25,000 nt of DNA from the IMG/VR virus record IMGVR_UViG_3300030107_004377, positions 1 through 25,000 of that record. The stretch is one strand, 5' to 3'. The notes beneath the pieces were generated by a model. That model saw nothing but the letters and a program-made list of their open reading frames with translations, did not search any database and was not told the DNA's origin. Every line of letters begins with the position of its first letter. Position 1 is the first letter of the stretch. Made by a program: the position numbers and the translations under genes. Below are positions 8,491 through 19,220 of the stretch, one piece after another. The DNA is from a virus (Duplodnaviria; Caudoviricetes).

Positions 8491-9804
8491 TTATACATTA
8501 AAAGCAGCAGCTCCACCTGTAAGAGTAGTCATAGCATTTGCTAAAATCTTACCTGTATAAGCATCTGCATCTAAAGTACCATTAGCTTTAAGATTAAGAT
8601 GAACTACTACATTTCCTCTTGAAGATCCTGTAGAAGTTAATCCATCATTGATATCTTCTGTCCAAGCTATATTAAAAGTAGAGTATCTAGCAGTTGTACC
8701 ATCAGCAGCAATACCACCAACTCCAGGAATCTTAACAGTAGATTCACGAGTTATTGGAGGTGTTCCTAATGCACCTTGTCCTTCGAATCCCCAATTCATG
8801 TATTCATCCATAGCAACTTGTTGCCATGTACCACTACCTGTATTAGCTCCTGTTAAAGAAGTAACTGTAGTAGAAGTATCTGAAAAAGTAGCTGTAAAAC
8901 GATTTACATAATAATTTCTAAAACTAGCTACATCAAAAGCAGATTCTATACCTGTCATTCTAACTCCCATTTCAGAAGCTGCGGCATCTGCTGCTGTAAT
9001 TCTAGCACAAGTACCTCTTGCTACTGTAGCTGTTGCTTCTTGGTAAGGGTAATTTAAAGTGATAGTAGGAGTTGTTCCTGCTCCACCTCCTAAATTAGCA
9101 ACTGCAGTAACTTTATATACACCATTAGTTTTAGCTGTAGAAATTTTAAGTAAATCTCCTACTGATAAATTAGTAATAGTTTTATTTTCTGCGTCTCCAG
9201 TTACTGTTTTACTTCCTTTAGTAAAAATTAAGTTAGCAGCAGTTCCTGTAAGAGCTGCTCCTGCTTCATCAGAAAGAGCTTCAAAAAATAAATATGGATC
9301 TGGTTCAAGATCAAAATTCTTAATTCCGTTTTTCACTAATTCAAAAGCTAATTCTTCTTGTGTTGCAGAAGCGTCAGTTTTAACTGGGCCTGCAAACATA
9401 CTATTAGGTTGAGAATTATTAGCTCCATCATTATCATTCTTACGAATTCTAATCCAGTAATCTGTAGAGTTAGCTGATGGTAAAGAACCTGTAGTTCCAT
9501 TAAAACCAATAGCAGTTACTTGTTGTACAGCAGCAACGTGCTTTTGTACTGTAACAGTTTCTTTTCCTTTAGTAATCATAGGAGATCTCATTAAAGGCTT
9601 ATTTGGCCCTAAACTTTGAACAATAGCATATTGGTCACCTGTAGCAACATCAGCATATGTTTCTCTTCTCCCTCCTGCATCAACAAAACATACTCCACCT
9701 TCTTCTAGGTTATCGTTTGTTACTACTGTTCCGTCAGCAGGGATTGTGCTTGCGTCATATTTACTTATTATAACAGCAAATACGTTGTCTGATTTTCTTA
9801 ACAT
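8491..9804 (-). CDS. Putative auxiliary capsid/structural protein (crAss-like)
   Basis: 437 aa, rich in T/A/G, followed by a strong terminator. It lies after the ring-like gene in the conserved capsid module. Confidence 0.6.
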   Translation of the reverse strand: MLRKSDNVFAVIISKYDASTIPADGTVVTNDNLEEGGVCFVDAGGRRETYADVATGDQYAIVQSLGPNKPLMRSPMITKGKETVTVQKHVAAVQQVTAIGFNGTTGSLPSANSTDYWIRIRKNDNDGANNSQPNSMFAGPVKTDASATQEELAFELVKNGIKNFDLEPDPYLFFEALSDEAGAALTGTAANLIFTKGSKTVTGDAENKTITNLSVGDLLKISTAKTNGVYKVTAVANLGGGAGTTPTITLNYPYQEATATVARGTCARITAADAAASEMGVRMTGIESAFDVASFRNYYVNRFTATFSDTSTTVTSLTGANTGSGTWQQVAMDEYMNWGFEGQGALGTPPITRESTVKIPGVGGIAADGTTARYSTFNIAWTEDINDGLTSTGSSRGNVVVHLNLKANGTLDADAYTGKILANAMTTLTGGAAAFNV

Positions 9805-9838
9805 TTTTTTTCTTTTTTAAGTTAATATTACATGTTAT

Positions 9839-10597
9839 TTATTCTAAATCTTTTGAAGAAGCCGTATTGGCTAATTCATTTTCTTTTACTCTTTCTAACA
9901 ACAGACTTTTAGCTATATCAATAATAGGTAAGTGTGTTGAATCATCTAAAATACAATTTAATTGGTTAGCAGGTGTAGCTCTGTCTACTTTAATTTCAGG
10001 AGGAAATCTAAGGTAGTTTATTGAATAAGTTTCTACATTATAAGTTCCATCTGTAACCAATTGATGTCTTTTAGCAGTTTGTGCTGTAGAATCAGTATAT
10101 CCATCATTTTCTCTAGAAAATACTAATCTCCAAGTCATTGCATCACCGTATGTTTTATAATAAGGTTTTTTATACTTATTTTTTTCTAGTCTAGAAACCT
10201 CATCATGTGCTATTACATTAAAGGTAGTAGGAACTTTATCTTTACGATCACTATAACATAATTCTTTATTTATAGTTCCTTCTTCATGTAAACAATACAT
10301 AAAGTCGTCAGGTAAATCATAAAATGTACCGTTAGTAAAAACTCCTGTTTGATCAGTAGAAACCGTAAGGTTAGCACCTCTTTTAATAAGAGCACTAAGC
10401 CCTTGGCTTCTTACTTCTGTTTCTTCTAAACTTTCCCTTTTACGGTTATTTTTTCTATCAATGAACTGTTTAATATAGACATTCATAGCATCGGTAAGAA
10501 CTGAAGAATAATCTGCATCTTCATAACCAGGAGAACCAAAACTAGTTGCTCTGTCTACCTGTTGGTCTAGTTCGTTTGCCATACTATTTGCATCCAT
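9839..10597 (-). CDS. Putative tail ring/adaptor protein (crAss-like)
   Basis: N-terminal helices with SPGYED...LTDA, LPDDFMY and YSINYLRFP...CILDDSTHLPIIDIA resemble the crAss ring-protein pattern. It is two genes downstream of MCP. Confidence 0.65.
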   Translation of the reverse strand: MDANSMANELDQQVDRATSFGSPGYEDADYSSVLTDAMNVYIKQFIDRKNNRKRESLEETEVRSQGLSALIKRGANLTVSTDQTGVFTNGTFYDLPDDFMYCLHEEGTINKELCYSDRKDKVPTTFNVIAHDEVSRLEKNKYKKPYYKTYGDAMTWRLVFSRENDGYTDSTAQTAKRHQLVTDGTYNVETYSINYLRFPPEIKVDRATPANQLNCILDDSTHLPIIDIAKSLLLERVKENELANTASSKDLE

Positions 10598-10604
10598 ATT
10601 TTAT

Positions 10605-11597
10605 TTACTTTTTATTAGACAATTCTACTTGAGTTTTTATTCTCATGTACATGTCTTGGTTTTCAGGATCATCCATCCACCTTAAGGCTTGTTGTAAATC
10701 TCCTATTTCAATTCCGTTATCTAAAGTATAACGTCTATCATTCATCTTTTTAACAGCACCAGCTTCTACTGCTTGTTGCATAAAGATTTTTCCTTTATAT
10801 GTAGGATCTTGAACAATTCTTAAAAAACCTGCAGGACTTTCTTCAAGTACCTGTAAAATTTCAGCTTCTAACCAATCACTATTGTAATTAGCAGGAATTG
10901 ATCTTCCTAACGATCTAATGAAACCTTTCATATTAGCATCACTAGATACAATTTTGCCATACTCAGCAAAAGCTTTAGTTTTTAATTTACCTGCTTCAGC
11001 TCTCTTAGAAATTAATTTACCTTGATTCACAACCATGAATTCATAAGTAGCTCTTTTCTTTCTTTCTTCATAAGAAGGAGCTATTAGGTTAGTATTAGAT
11101 AATAAAATTTTATATCTAAGCATTCCTAAAGCAGTATCTAAATTAAGAGTTAAACCTTGCTTAGTTAAAGTAACTCTACTTTTTTTATCTATTCTCCAGA
11201 AATTCTTTTCTGAAGGATTATATGGACTTAGGTCTGCACCTAATTCCTCTTCAAAGAACTGACGTTCAGTCATACCTTGTGGGTATTTCTCAACATACTT
11301 TTTGATCATCTTTTTTTCGATATCATCAAGTATTACTTTTATTCCTCCTCCATGTCTAGCACTTACTAGTGGAACTTGAAAACTTTTCTTTACTTTGTTA
11401 AACATAAAAGGTTCTTTTGTAAGATCCTGTCCTGCTACTAGTAATTTTTTCCATTTTCCTGAAGACTCAATTGGTTTAACTTCTACAGTTCTTCTTTCTA
11501 AATAAGAACCCCAAACAGTCTTCTTTTCTATTACTGCTACTTTTTCTTTTTTTGGCTCTTCTTTTTTTGGAGCCTTAGTTTTAATATTCTCGCTCAT
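10605..11597 (-). CDS. Conserved crAss-like capsid-module protein (gene after MCP)
   Basis: 330 aa with FFEEELGADLS...NFW, LNL...MLRYKILLSN..IAPS and AVEAGAV; immediately downstream of MCP. Confidence 0.65.
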   Translation of the reverse strand: MSENIKTKAPKKEEPKKEKVAVIEKKTVWGSYLERRTVEVKPIESSGKWKKLLVAGQDLTKEPFMFNKVKKSFQVPLVSARHGGGIKVILDDIEKKMIKKYVEKYPQGMTERQFFEEELGADLSPYNPSEKNFWRIDKKSRVTLTKQGLTLNLDTALGMLRYKILLSNTNLIAPSYEERKKRATYEFMVVNQGKLISKRAEAGKLKTKAFAEYGKIVSSDANMKGFIRSLGRSIPANYNSDWLEAEILQVLEESPAGFLRIVQDPTYKGKIFMQQAVEAGAVKKMNDRRYTLDNGIEIGDLQQALRWMDDPENQDMYMRIKTQVELSNKK

Positions 11598-11641
11598 TTT
11601 GCTGTCTTTATAAATTTTAAATTTTCCTCAAAATTTAAATA

Positions 11642-11675
11642 AGCTTCCTTACTATTTTATTACAGTAAGGAAGCT
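11642..11675 (-). terminator. Stem-loop after MCP (weak terminator/attenuator or mRNA stabiliser)
   Basis: Perfect 12-bp stem AGCTTCCTTACT (11642-11653) / AGTAAGGAAGCT (11664-11675), followed by only an interrupted U-tract. Confidence 0.7.
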
Positions 11676-11691
11676 ATATTTAAATATTATA

Positions 11692-13200
11692 TTACTTAGT
11701 TACGTTTAAACGTAAATCTACAACTTTTGTAGGGTCTTCAATCATCATTCCACCCCATTTTTGGAAGTGTACTTCGTAACCATCAATAGATGATGCTACT
11801 GATTTTGGAGCCCCTTTACCTGCAGCAGTGAAAGGATCACGCATACCTGCAATATAAGCCCAGTTGTAATCTGGAGTTCCTTTAGGTTTGATTCTATAGA
11901 TTCCAGCATCTTCACCATAGTCAAGAGCAATCATTCTGTGAGACTCAACAATTCCTGATCCGTCTGGGTGACGTTGTGGGAAGTATACATCATCATCAAG
12001 GAAATCTAAGATTTCAACTCTAAGTTCAACACCGTTATACCATTGGTAAATATTGTATTGTGGCTCTTGAGAAGAGTAAGTATTACTACCTCCGATAGTT
12101 CCTGATTTAGTTTTACCAGTTAACCATCTGTCAGAAATAACTGTTACTGATTGAGAAGTTTTAGCAGAAATTTGCTTAGAAATTTCAATTGCACCAAACT
12201 CACCAGTTAAGATGTGAACTACACGTTTACCTCTTTCCAATTTACCAACACCCATGTCTAATAACATTTCTAAGTGCCAATCAAGGTCGTAAGTATTGTA
12301 GTAGTGTACGTTTGAAGGAGCAATTTGCTCAAAGAAACCTGCACCAGATTCAACAGCATATTTAGTCTTATCATCTTTGTTTAAATATTTGTGATCTGCA
12401 GTCCAGTTTTTCTTACCATAAATACACATTCTTGCAAACATCTCTTCACATTGGTGATGAGCAACTAAATCTTGGTAATTAATCCACATAGATTCTTTTT
12501 GACCTTTGTAGTTAAATCCAAACTCTAGTGGTTCGTTCTTTCCTTTGTTAATTGTGTTACCAGCAACTTCATATTGCATACGCAATGTAGAAGGACGGTT
12601 TTCCATTCTCCAAGGAGAAGTGTAGTAAGGCTCAGAACCTCTATAAGATAACGTAGAAGGAGCTACTCCATAAAATTTAGAGAAACGAGTTCCAGCAGTT
12701 AATTCATCAGAAGGTACAGACATATCTGTATCATCTGTAAGTAATTCAACTTCTACTTTGTAGTTAGAACCTGCATCCATTGCTTTTTTTACTAAATAGT
12801 GATAAGCATCTGATTCACCACGTAAAACGTTTGTTTCTTCAAATAAAGGCTCACTAAAAATAAGGTAGAAACGCTCTCCATTTGCTCCTACGTTTGCAGG
12901 AAAAGTTCCAGCAGTAATAGACAACCCACCGATTGTTTCAGCGTCAACAAGAGCTAAATTCTTGTCATGTTGACCTTGTAACATCCAGTTATAGAAACCG
13001 TTTTCTTGCTCAACTTCTTTTACAGGGAAACGATCTACGAATTCACGTAACTTTCCTTGTAAGTTAGTTTTGTAAATAGACTTGATCACGTTAGAGATCA
13101 ACTCTGGTTTTTGTTGATACAAAGCATGGAAGTGATTATCGGTAACTAAACCATTATAATCAACCGCAGCATACTTTTGTAACGGAAGTAATTGTGACAT
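11692..13200 (-). CDS. Major capsid protein (crAss-like)
   Basis: 502 aa with N-terminal GLVTDNH, ESGAGFFEQI, LTGEFGA and a YIAG.RDPF...SSIDGYEVH...GMMIEDPT C-terminus characteristic of crAss-like MCPs; order portal-scaffold-MCP. Confidence 0.88.
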   Translation of the reverse strand: MSQLLPLQKYAAVDYNGLVTDNHFHALYQQKPELISNVIKSIYKTNLQGKLREFVDRFPVKEVEQENGFYNWMLQGQHDKNLALVDAETIGGLSITAGTFPANVGANGERFYLIFSEPLFEETNVLRGESDAYHYLVKKAMDAGSNYKVEVELLTDDTDMSVPSDELTAGTRFSKFYGVAPSTLSYRGSEPYYTSPWRMENRPSTLRMQYEVAGNTINKGKNEPLEFGFNYKGQKESMWINYQDLVAHHQCEEMFARMCIYGKKNWTADHKYLNKDDKTKYAVESGAGFFEQIAPSNVHYYNTYDLDWHLEMLLDMGVGKLERGKRVVHILTGEFGAIEISKQISAKTSQSVTVISDRWLTGKTKSGTIGGSNTYSSQEPQYNIYQWYNGVELRVEILDFLDDDVYFPQRHPDGSGIVESHRMIALDYGEDAGIYRIKPKGTPDYNWAYIAGMRDPFTAAGKGAPKSVASSIDGYEVHFQKWGGMMIEDPTKVVDLRLNVTK

Positions 13201-13223
13201 TTTTCTTTTTTTTAATTGTTAAA

Positions 13224-13231
13224 CGAATATA
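13224..13231 (-). promoter_or_regulatory. Candidate Bacteroidota -7 promoter box upstream of MCP
   Basis: Minus strand TATATTCG, one mismatch to TAnnTTTG, 23 nt before the MCP ATG. Confidence 0.45.
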
Positions 13232-13238
13232 TTATTTA

Positions 13239-14447
13239 TTATCTTTTTTTCTTATAACTTCTTTCAAGCATATCGAGAATTCCTGAAGTTTTTTCAGAAG
13301 GTTTTCTAGATGTTTGCCTTCCAAGTCCTCTCTCATCTTCCGCAGCTAATACTCTATCTAATTCTGATACAGCTTTTGTTTTAGCTACCTTTTTTAGTTT
13401 ATCGATATTAGGAGTAAATTTACCTTCTTTATTAATATCGAAAAGTCCTAGTTGATCATAGTAACTCATAAGTGCCTGAAATTCTGCAGGCTGTTTCATT
13501 TGTTTATACATCAAGCTAGTATATTCTCTACCTTGTTCATCTTTATAGACAGGAGTAGTCATATTAGTTTTGATCTTATCCTTTACAGTTTTATTAAGTT
13601 TTAATCCACTAATGAATTCTTCCTTAGAATCAACTGTGTCCATTAAGTTTTGAAATTGTTGGTTTTGAGCATTTTGGTATTCTTGCATTCTAGCTTTTTT
13701 ATCTGCTTCAGCTCTTGCTACTATAGTTTGAGCTTGTTTTCTAAGAGCAGGTAAAGCACCAGATGCTTTTTCTTCCAACTTATCAATACCATCTGCTTCT
13801 TCTACCATATCTCTAGCTTCTATATCTGAAAAGTTTTTACTTTTTAAATATTCGAAGTAGATATTTTTTTGAAGATTTGAATCTTCTTTAAGAGCGTCTA
13901 CAGAAACATTATCTAGAAAATCAAGTCTTTGTGCCATTTGAATAGCCTGATCAGTATCAGAAAATTTATCTTCAATTTCTAAAAATCTTTTCTTAGCTCC
14001 TGAAAAATTATCCATCCAAGATTTTGCTTGCTTATTAAACTCAGTTTTTAATGTTTTAGACATTAATTGTTTAATAGTATCAGCAGAAGCATCTTCTAGC
14101 ATTTCTTCAATTTCTTCTTCTTCAATTCCATAAAAGATATCCTCATTCATCAAGTCTTTTATAAGAGCTGAATAACGATTAGTTCCTTTCTCTGGAATTT
14201 CTGGTTTATCAGAAACAGGTTCTATCTTACTTTCAATTTCCTCATTAGAAGTCGTTTCTTCTGGAGGAGTGACTGTTAAGCCGTCACTAATGCTTATCTC
14301 ATCTTTAGTATTCTCTTCTACTCCTTTTTCGGGAGTAGAAGTTTCAGAATCTTCATTAGTAACTTCTCCACTTACTTGAGATTCTTCTAATTCTTGAGGT
14401 GATAGTATCTGAATACCATCAAATAATTCATTTTCTCCTTTACTCAT
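13239..14447 (-). CDS. Putative scaffold-like protein
   Basis: 402 aa with a very acidic, low-complexity N-terminus and a coiled-coil; lies between portal and MCP. Confidence 0.65.
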   Translation of the reverse strand: MSKGENELFDGIQILSPQELEESQVSGEVTNEDSETSTPEKGVEENTKDEISISDGLTVTPPEETTSNEEIESKIEPVSDKPEIPEKGTNRYSALIKDLMNEDIFYGIEEEEIEEMLEDASADTIKQLMSKTLKTEFNKQAKSWMDNFSGAKKRFLEIEDKFSDTDQAIQMAQRLDFLDNVSVDALKEDSNLQKNIYFEYLKSKNFSDIEARDMVEEADGIDKLEEKASGALPALRKQAQTIVARAEADKKARMQEYQNAQNQQFQNLMDTVDSKEEFISGLKLNKTVKDKIKTNMTTPVYKDEQGREYTSLMYKQMKQPAEFQALMSYYDQLGLFDINKEGKFTPNIDKLKKVAKTKAVSELDRVLAAEDERGLGRQTSRKPSEKTSGILDMLERSYKKKR

Positions 14448-14547
14448 GCTGTCATTATTTATTTACAATATTAAAATTATTTTTATACTCCATAAACTTT
14501 ATTTATGTTATTATCTTCTAGGGCGTATAGCTTTATATTAAATTAAT

Positions 14548-16980
14548 TTATTTTTGTTTTTCTGTTTTTGATGTTTTTTGACGTTGTATTTCTTCTTTAG
14601 CTTTATTACTTCTAACAGTCTCTGCTAATTTTTCTTCTTGAATTCGAATACTATTTTCTTTAAAGTTTTCGTCTACTTCTGTACGTCTTAAATCTATTTC
14701 ATCTGCTATACCATTTCCATCACTATCTATACGCATATTATCACGTATGATATTTGCTTCTTCTTTAAGAGTAACTTCTTGAAGTTTTGAATTAATTTTA
14801 GCATATTCAACTTTACGATCTTCATTTTTATGGAAATCATCTCTTTCCCACATTTTTTCCTGAAGTTCATTTTTCATTTGTTGCATTTGCATATTAGCTT
14901 CTCTATCTTGTTGAGCCATTTGTTCTTGCTCTTTTCTAATACGTTCTGCTGAAGCTTTTAATTTACGAGAAGTTTCTTGTACAGATTCAGAAGTAGAAAT
15001 AGCTATTAAGTCTTCTATTTTAGCTTGTCCATTTTGAATAGCTGCTTGTGATAAAGATTTAATTTCTGAATATAATTGAGTATCTGCTGTAGAATTTCCA
15101 ATATGAATATCCATTTCTGAAGAAGTAAACTCATCAAAGTTTTTAATCATAACTGCTCCCATATCATCCATTAAGAATTGTCCACGTTTAGGATTCTTTT
15201 TATAAGCATATTTACAACAATCTAAAAATTTAGTTACTGCACGTTTACGGAAATTAGCATCTACTGCAAACCATTTTTCAGTAATATGAGAAGTTTGAGC
15301 AACTTCACGTTCTACATTTCCTACTGCTTCACGATTTTGTATTTGTCCTTCTCTGGCACCAGATACTCCTGCTAATTTACCTAATGTATTTTCTATATCT
15401 AATAGTATATTAGTATACATTTGTATAGCATTAGGATCTCCTAACTGAACGTTAGTAGCAGTTAATTGATTAAATGCTCCTGCAGATTTTCCTTGTGAAG
15501 GCCCTTTTAATATTTCATTTGTTGGATCTAAGAAACCAAATTTATTTACAGTAATATATCTAATCCATTCTGCTGGTTTCCAACCTGCAGGAATCATAGA
15601 TGCATTAATAGCAGCAAAATTACCTTTATATGTTGCTATTTCTAATTCACGTTTATAATAAGCAATATCGTAAGAGTAAGCTAATGGCTTCATTACATCT
15701 GATAAAGATTGTACACGAGTATCATTAGTACTATATACTGAACCAATAAATGGAGGAGTTCCTTTAGATTTATTTACTAAAGATTTTCCAGAGTAAGCTA
15801 CAGGCTTCATTCCTACATAAATATCATCTGCAATTTTTGTAGCTTCTAACCATTCATTAACCCATATTTCTTCTAGTTCTTCTCCTAAATCTTTTTTAGC
15901 TTGATAAAACTCATCTACATAATCGTATTGTGTTTCTCCATCTTGATCGTAATATTTACGTTTATATAATTTACGTCTTGATCTCCAACATACTCTAACA
16001 ACTCTTACATTTCCTGTAGAATCAAAAGATCCTCCAAAAGTTCTAGTTCCCATTTCACTTGGATGATATATTTGTAAAGCATCTAAATCTCCAAACATAT
16101 CATTTACTGCAAAATCTCTGTTAAGACCTATAGCAGTAGTAGCTTCTCCCATTGCAGTCATCCCTGTTTCTAAAAATTCTACATCTTTAGGAGTTAACTC
16201 GTCCCAGTAATCATCTATAACTTGTCCAGTAGACATATAATCATACCATATAATAACATCAGAATCTTCTATATACATTGAAGTTCCTCCTAAAGTATAT
16301 AAGTTCATAGGATTTACTCTTCTCATGACAGGCTGCCCTCCTAATACTCCACAATATACTATTTCTTCCCCTGCTACTAAAAGATCTTCAAATGTACGTA
16401 AGAATAAAAAATCTAAATTTTGTTCTTTATATTCTCTTTTAAGAATTCTATTAGCAGTAATTTCTGCAATATCTTGAAAATCATAACTAGCATAATCCAT
16501 TTGAGCTTTTAATGCTTCTTGGATTTCTTCTTCTGATTTAGCTTCCCCTGTAACAATCTCCATAAAAAGATTATCCATTTGATTTCTAAGTTCTTTTTCT
16601 TTTCTAGAAACTCCTTCTGTATCATTAGAAGAAAGATAGGCACGATATTCTTTTCTTCTTTTAGAATATTCTCCTAGTAAAAGATTAATTTTAGAATTTT
16701 CTATTCCAATATGTTGAAATTGTGCAGGAAGTTTTTGTAAATCTAAATTATCAGGATTAATATATTTTTGAAAATCTTTTGGATTAATTATATTAGAACG
16801 AAGTTTATAATTAGTTTGTTTATTTTTAAAACTCGCTCTCAGATCAAAATCTGATGTTAATATATTTTCTGCGTAGTCTACGCAATCTTTAAACCATTTC
16901 TTTGTTTTGCTTTTTTCTGATAGCTTTTGTCTGGGAAAACTACTTAAGCTATTCATTTTTACACTTGATTTCTGTGCCAT
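14548..16980 (-). CDS. Portal protein (crAss-like)
   Basis: 810 aa with FPRQKL..K.K.W...CVD at the N-terminus, FEDLLVAGEEI, WRSRRK, WVNEWLE.TKI, GVSGAREGQI and a C-terminal coiled-coil with DSDGNGIAD; downstream of terminase. Confidence 0.9.
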   Translation of the reverse strand: MAQKSSVKMNSLSSFPRQKLSEKSKTKKWFKDCVDYAENILTSDFDLRASFKNKQTNYKLRSNIINPKDFQKYINPDNLDLQKLPAQFQHIGIENSKINLLLGEYSKRRKEYRAYLSSNDTEGVSRKEKELRNQMDNLFMEIVTGEAKSEEEIQEALKAQMDYASYDFQDIAEITANRILKREYKEQNLDFLFLRTFEDLLVAGEEIVYCGVLGGQPVMRRVNPMNLYTLGGTSMYIEDSDVIIWYDYMSTGQVIDDYWDELTPKDVEFLETGMTAMGEATTAIGLNRDFAVNDMFGDLDALQIYHPSEMGTRTFGGSFDSTGNVRVVRVCWRSRRKLYKRKYYDQDGETQYDYVDEFYQAKKDLGEELEEIWVNEWLEATKIADDIYVGMKPVAYSGKSLVNKSKGTPPFIGSVYSTNDTRVQSLSDVMKPLAYSYDIAYYKRELEIATYKGNFAAINASMIPAGWKPAEWIRYITVNKFGFLDPTNEILKGPSQGKSAGAFNQLTATNVQLGDPNAIQMYTNILLDIENTLGKLAGVSGAREGQIQNREAVGNVEREVAQTSHITEKWFAVDANFRKRAVTKFLDCCKYAYKKNPKRGQFLMDDMGAVMIKNFDEFTSSEMDIHIGNSTADTQLYSEIKSLSQAAIQNGQAKIEDLIAISTSESVQETSRKLKASAERIRKEQEQMAQQDREANMQMQQMKNELQEKMWERDDFHKNEDRKVEYAKINSKLQEVTLKEEANIIRDNMRIDSDGNGIADEIDLRRTEVDENFKENSIRIQEEKLAETVRSNKAKEEIQRQKTSKTEKQK

Positions 16981-17000
16981 GAGAATTTTTATTTAATTTA

Positions 17001-17008
17001 CAAAGTTA
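17001..17008 (-). promoter_or_regulatory. Bacteroidota -7 promoter box upstream of portal
   Basis: Minus strand TAACTTTG is an exact TAnnTTTG match, 20 nt before the portal ATG. Confidence 0.65.
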
Positions 17009-17025
17009 AAGATAAAAATTTAAAT

Positions 17026-19218
17026 TTAACCTCTCAAGTTAAAGGGATCTTCAAAGTCATTAAATACTGCTTTAGATTCTGAGAATTTTAATACTCCCAT
17101 GTCTTTCCAGTATTCATCATCTAAGAATGTTTTAACAGCTACTGTTTCTTTTTCTATATTTCTTTGTGTTGTAGCATCGTGCCACATTAACATACCTAAA
17201 GAAGATACACGGTCAAAGTTACCACTTTTATTCCACATAATAAGTTCTATCAACATAGCAGGAGAATAGATTAACTCTAGTACTCTTTGATCAGAATTAC
17301 TAGATGTTTTTTCTAATAACCAGGATTTAATAAAATCTCTAGCTGTTTGATTAACTTTTTCTGAGGCATTAATACCTTTAGAAGTATTAGTACCTTGTCT
17401 GAATGTATCCGAATTACGTAGTTGATATGGTGTATCTGCTAATAGATACAAACATTTCTTACGTTCAAAGTATGTGAACAATCCTGGTAAGTTTTGCTCA
17501 TACATTCCTGTAGCGTTGTAATATAATAATAATTTTCTACATATCTCATAAAAATCATTAGGATCGTCTGTACGTCCTGTATGTTCTGCTACAATTTGAC
17601 GAGTAAATCTATTCATTACTACTATAGAAGGCAACGAACTTGTAGTAGCTCTAGCTTTATCTACGACATCCATCCCAGCTAGATAAGTTCCTCTAGGAAC
17701 AACTCCTTCTTCATTTTTTTGAGGTTTTACCCATACTTCTGTACATCCTTCTTTAGGATCATTTTTCTTAAGAGGAAAATTTCTTATAGGTCTAGCATCT
17801 TGTATAGTAGAAAATTCTACTTCTCCATTATCATTAAATATTAATTCTCCTTTAAAAGAACTATCTGTATATTTTTGACATTCTCCTCCTTCTACTTCAG
17901 ATAAATGATTTTTTAAATATAGTGTAGGGAAATAAGATCCTTCTACAATTAAAAATGCTTCTGAAGGAACTATAGGCCCGTTAATAATTTCACCTTGATA
18001 AACAGAAGGGTCATCTGATTTTTTAGCTTCTTCTCTTCTATGTTTTATATAAAGATCAGCCCTTTTATCATCTGTAATATAATTAGGTTTATCTTTAAAC
18101 TCATTTAATGTTTTAGTATAAGGAACAAAATACCCTATATCTCCTCTATTCTCAAATATATCTTCAAATACTAAACAATTATAATCTTGAGGATTACGAA
18201 AAATAGATTCAGCATATAAAGCTGCTTTACCTGCTACCAGACCACCAGTACCTAAAGCCCAAATAACTAAATTCTTTTTCTGCTTAGATTGTTGTGTTGC
18301 TTCTATAGCTGCCCAAGACTCTTTAATATTATACATAAATCCTATCTCATCCATAGCAACTAAGTTAGGTCTAGTACCATTGGCAGCAAGAGGATTATCT
18401 TTAAAAGTTCTATGTCTAAGCAAAGATCCTGTTTTTGATTGATATTCTTTATTAGCAGCAAGTGATCCAGTATGAGATACTAATAATGGAGAAGGGTGTG
18501 TTTTCTCAGCAGAAAGTTTATACTCTCCAGGCAACATTTCTAAAGCATGAAGTACTTTTTTAATTAATGGCCCTGTATACTTAGTATCAATAGCTCCTAC
18601 TATTGTATCAGAAGCAATATATTTCTTTTCTTTTTTACGTTCTAAATATATATCATAATCTGTAGCTCCATCAAATAAATAATTATGATTAATTAATCCT
18701 GATGTTCCATAAGATTTACCTCCTCCACGGGATTGTATACTTATTAAATGTCTAGCTTCATTTTTATATAACGGTTTTCCTAAACTTTTGTTGTAGACTT
18801 TTCTTAAATATTCTCTAGCAGGAACATACACTTTCTTTTTAACTTCTTCTTTAGTTATACGTCCTAATAAAATAGCTAAGTCTTTTTCAGGCCCATATCT
18901 TCTATCACATGTATATTTCTTATCTTCTGAAAATCCTGAGAATCCTCTACACTCTTCATAGATATAAAACATTTCCCAATCTAGATCCCTTAACCAAGGA
19001 AGTCCTGAAGCTTGTGCAACAGAACTATCATCTTCAAATAATATGTTATGAAAATTTACATAGTAATATAACGGCCCAGGCATCCACTTTCCAGAGACCC
19101 AGTATCCTTCAATACATCTACGTTTTTGTGTTTGCCAATAAGATAAACGTTCATAATATTCTAACTCAGGATGTAGGTTAGGAATTTTACCTGTAAGAAA
19201 ATTAGAATTGTTTATCAT
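17026..19218 (-). CDS. terL: Terminase large subunit
   Basis: Walker A SRGGGKSY, Walker B LVAMDEIG, motif III-like LGTGG, nuclease YLAGMDVVD and C-terminal GNFDRVSSL. The N-terminal YW..QKRRCIEGY...G..YYYVNF is typical of crAss-like TerL. Confidence 0.95.
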   Translation of the reverse strand: MINNSNFLTGKIPNLHPELEYYERLSYWQTQKRRCIEGYWVSGKWMPGPLYYYVNFHNILFEDDSSVAQASGLPWLRDLDWEMFYIYEECRGFSGFSEDKKYTCDRRYGPEKDLAILLGRITKEEVKKKVYVPAREYLRKVYNKSLGKPLYKNEARHLISIQSRGGGKSYGTSGLINHNYLFDGATDYDIYLERKKEKKYIASDTIVGAIDTKYTGPLIKKVLHALEMLPGEYKLSAEKTHPSPLLVSHTGSLAANKEYQSKTGSLLRHRTFKDNPLAANGTRPNLVAMDEIGFMYNIKESWAAIEATQQSKQKKNLVIWALGTGGLVAGKAALYAESIFRNPQDYNCLVFEDIFENRGDIGYFVPYTKTLNEFKDKPNYITDDKRADLYIKHRREEAKKSDDPSVYQGEIINGPIVPSEAFLIVEGSYFPTLYLKNHLSEVEGGECQKYTDSSFKGELIFNDNGEVEFSTIQDARPIRNFPLKKNDPKEGCTEVWVKPQKNEEGVVPRGTYLAGMDVVDKARATTSSLPSIVVMNRFTRQIVAEHTGRTDDPNDFYEICRKLLLYYNATGMYEQNLPGLFTYFERKKCLYLLADTPYQLRNSDTFRQGTNTSKGINASEKVNQTARDFIKSWLLEKTSSNSDQRVLELIYSPAMLIELIMWNKSGNFDRVSSLGMLMWHDATTQRNIEKETVAVKTFLDDEYWKDMGVLKFSESKAVFNDFEDPFNLRG

Positions 19219-19220
19219 AA

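Noticed and set aside
8648-9412. Track ORFs 8648..8911 and 9059..9412 (+)
   Set aside because: Antisense to the 437-aa structural gene; codon-bias shadows.
11692-19218. Introns or inteins in terL, portal or MCP
   Set aside because: ORFs are uninterrupted with ordinary lengths; I saw no LAGLIDADG, HNH or intein splice motifs.
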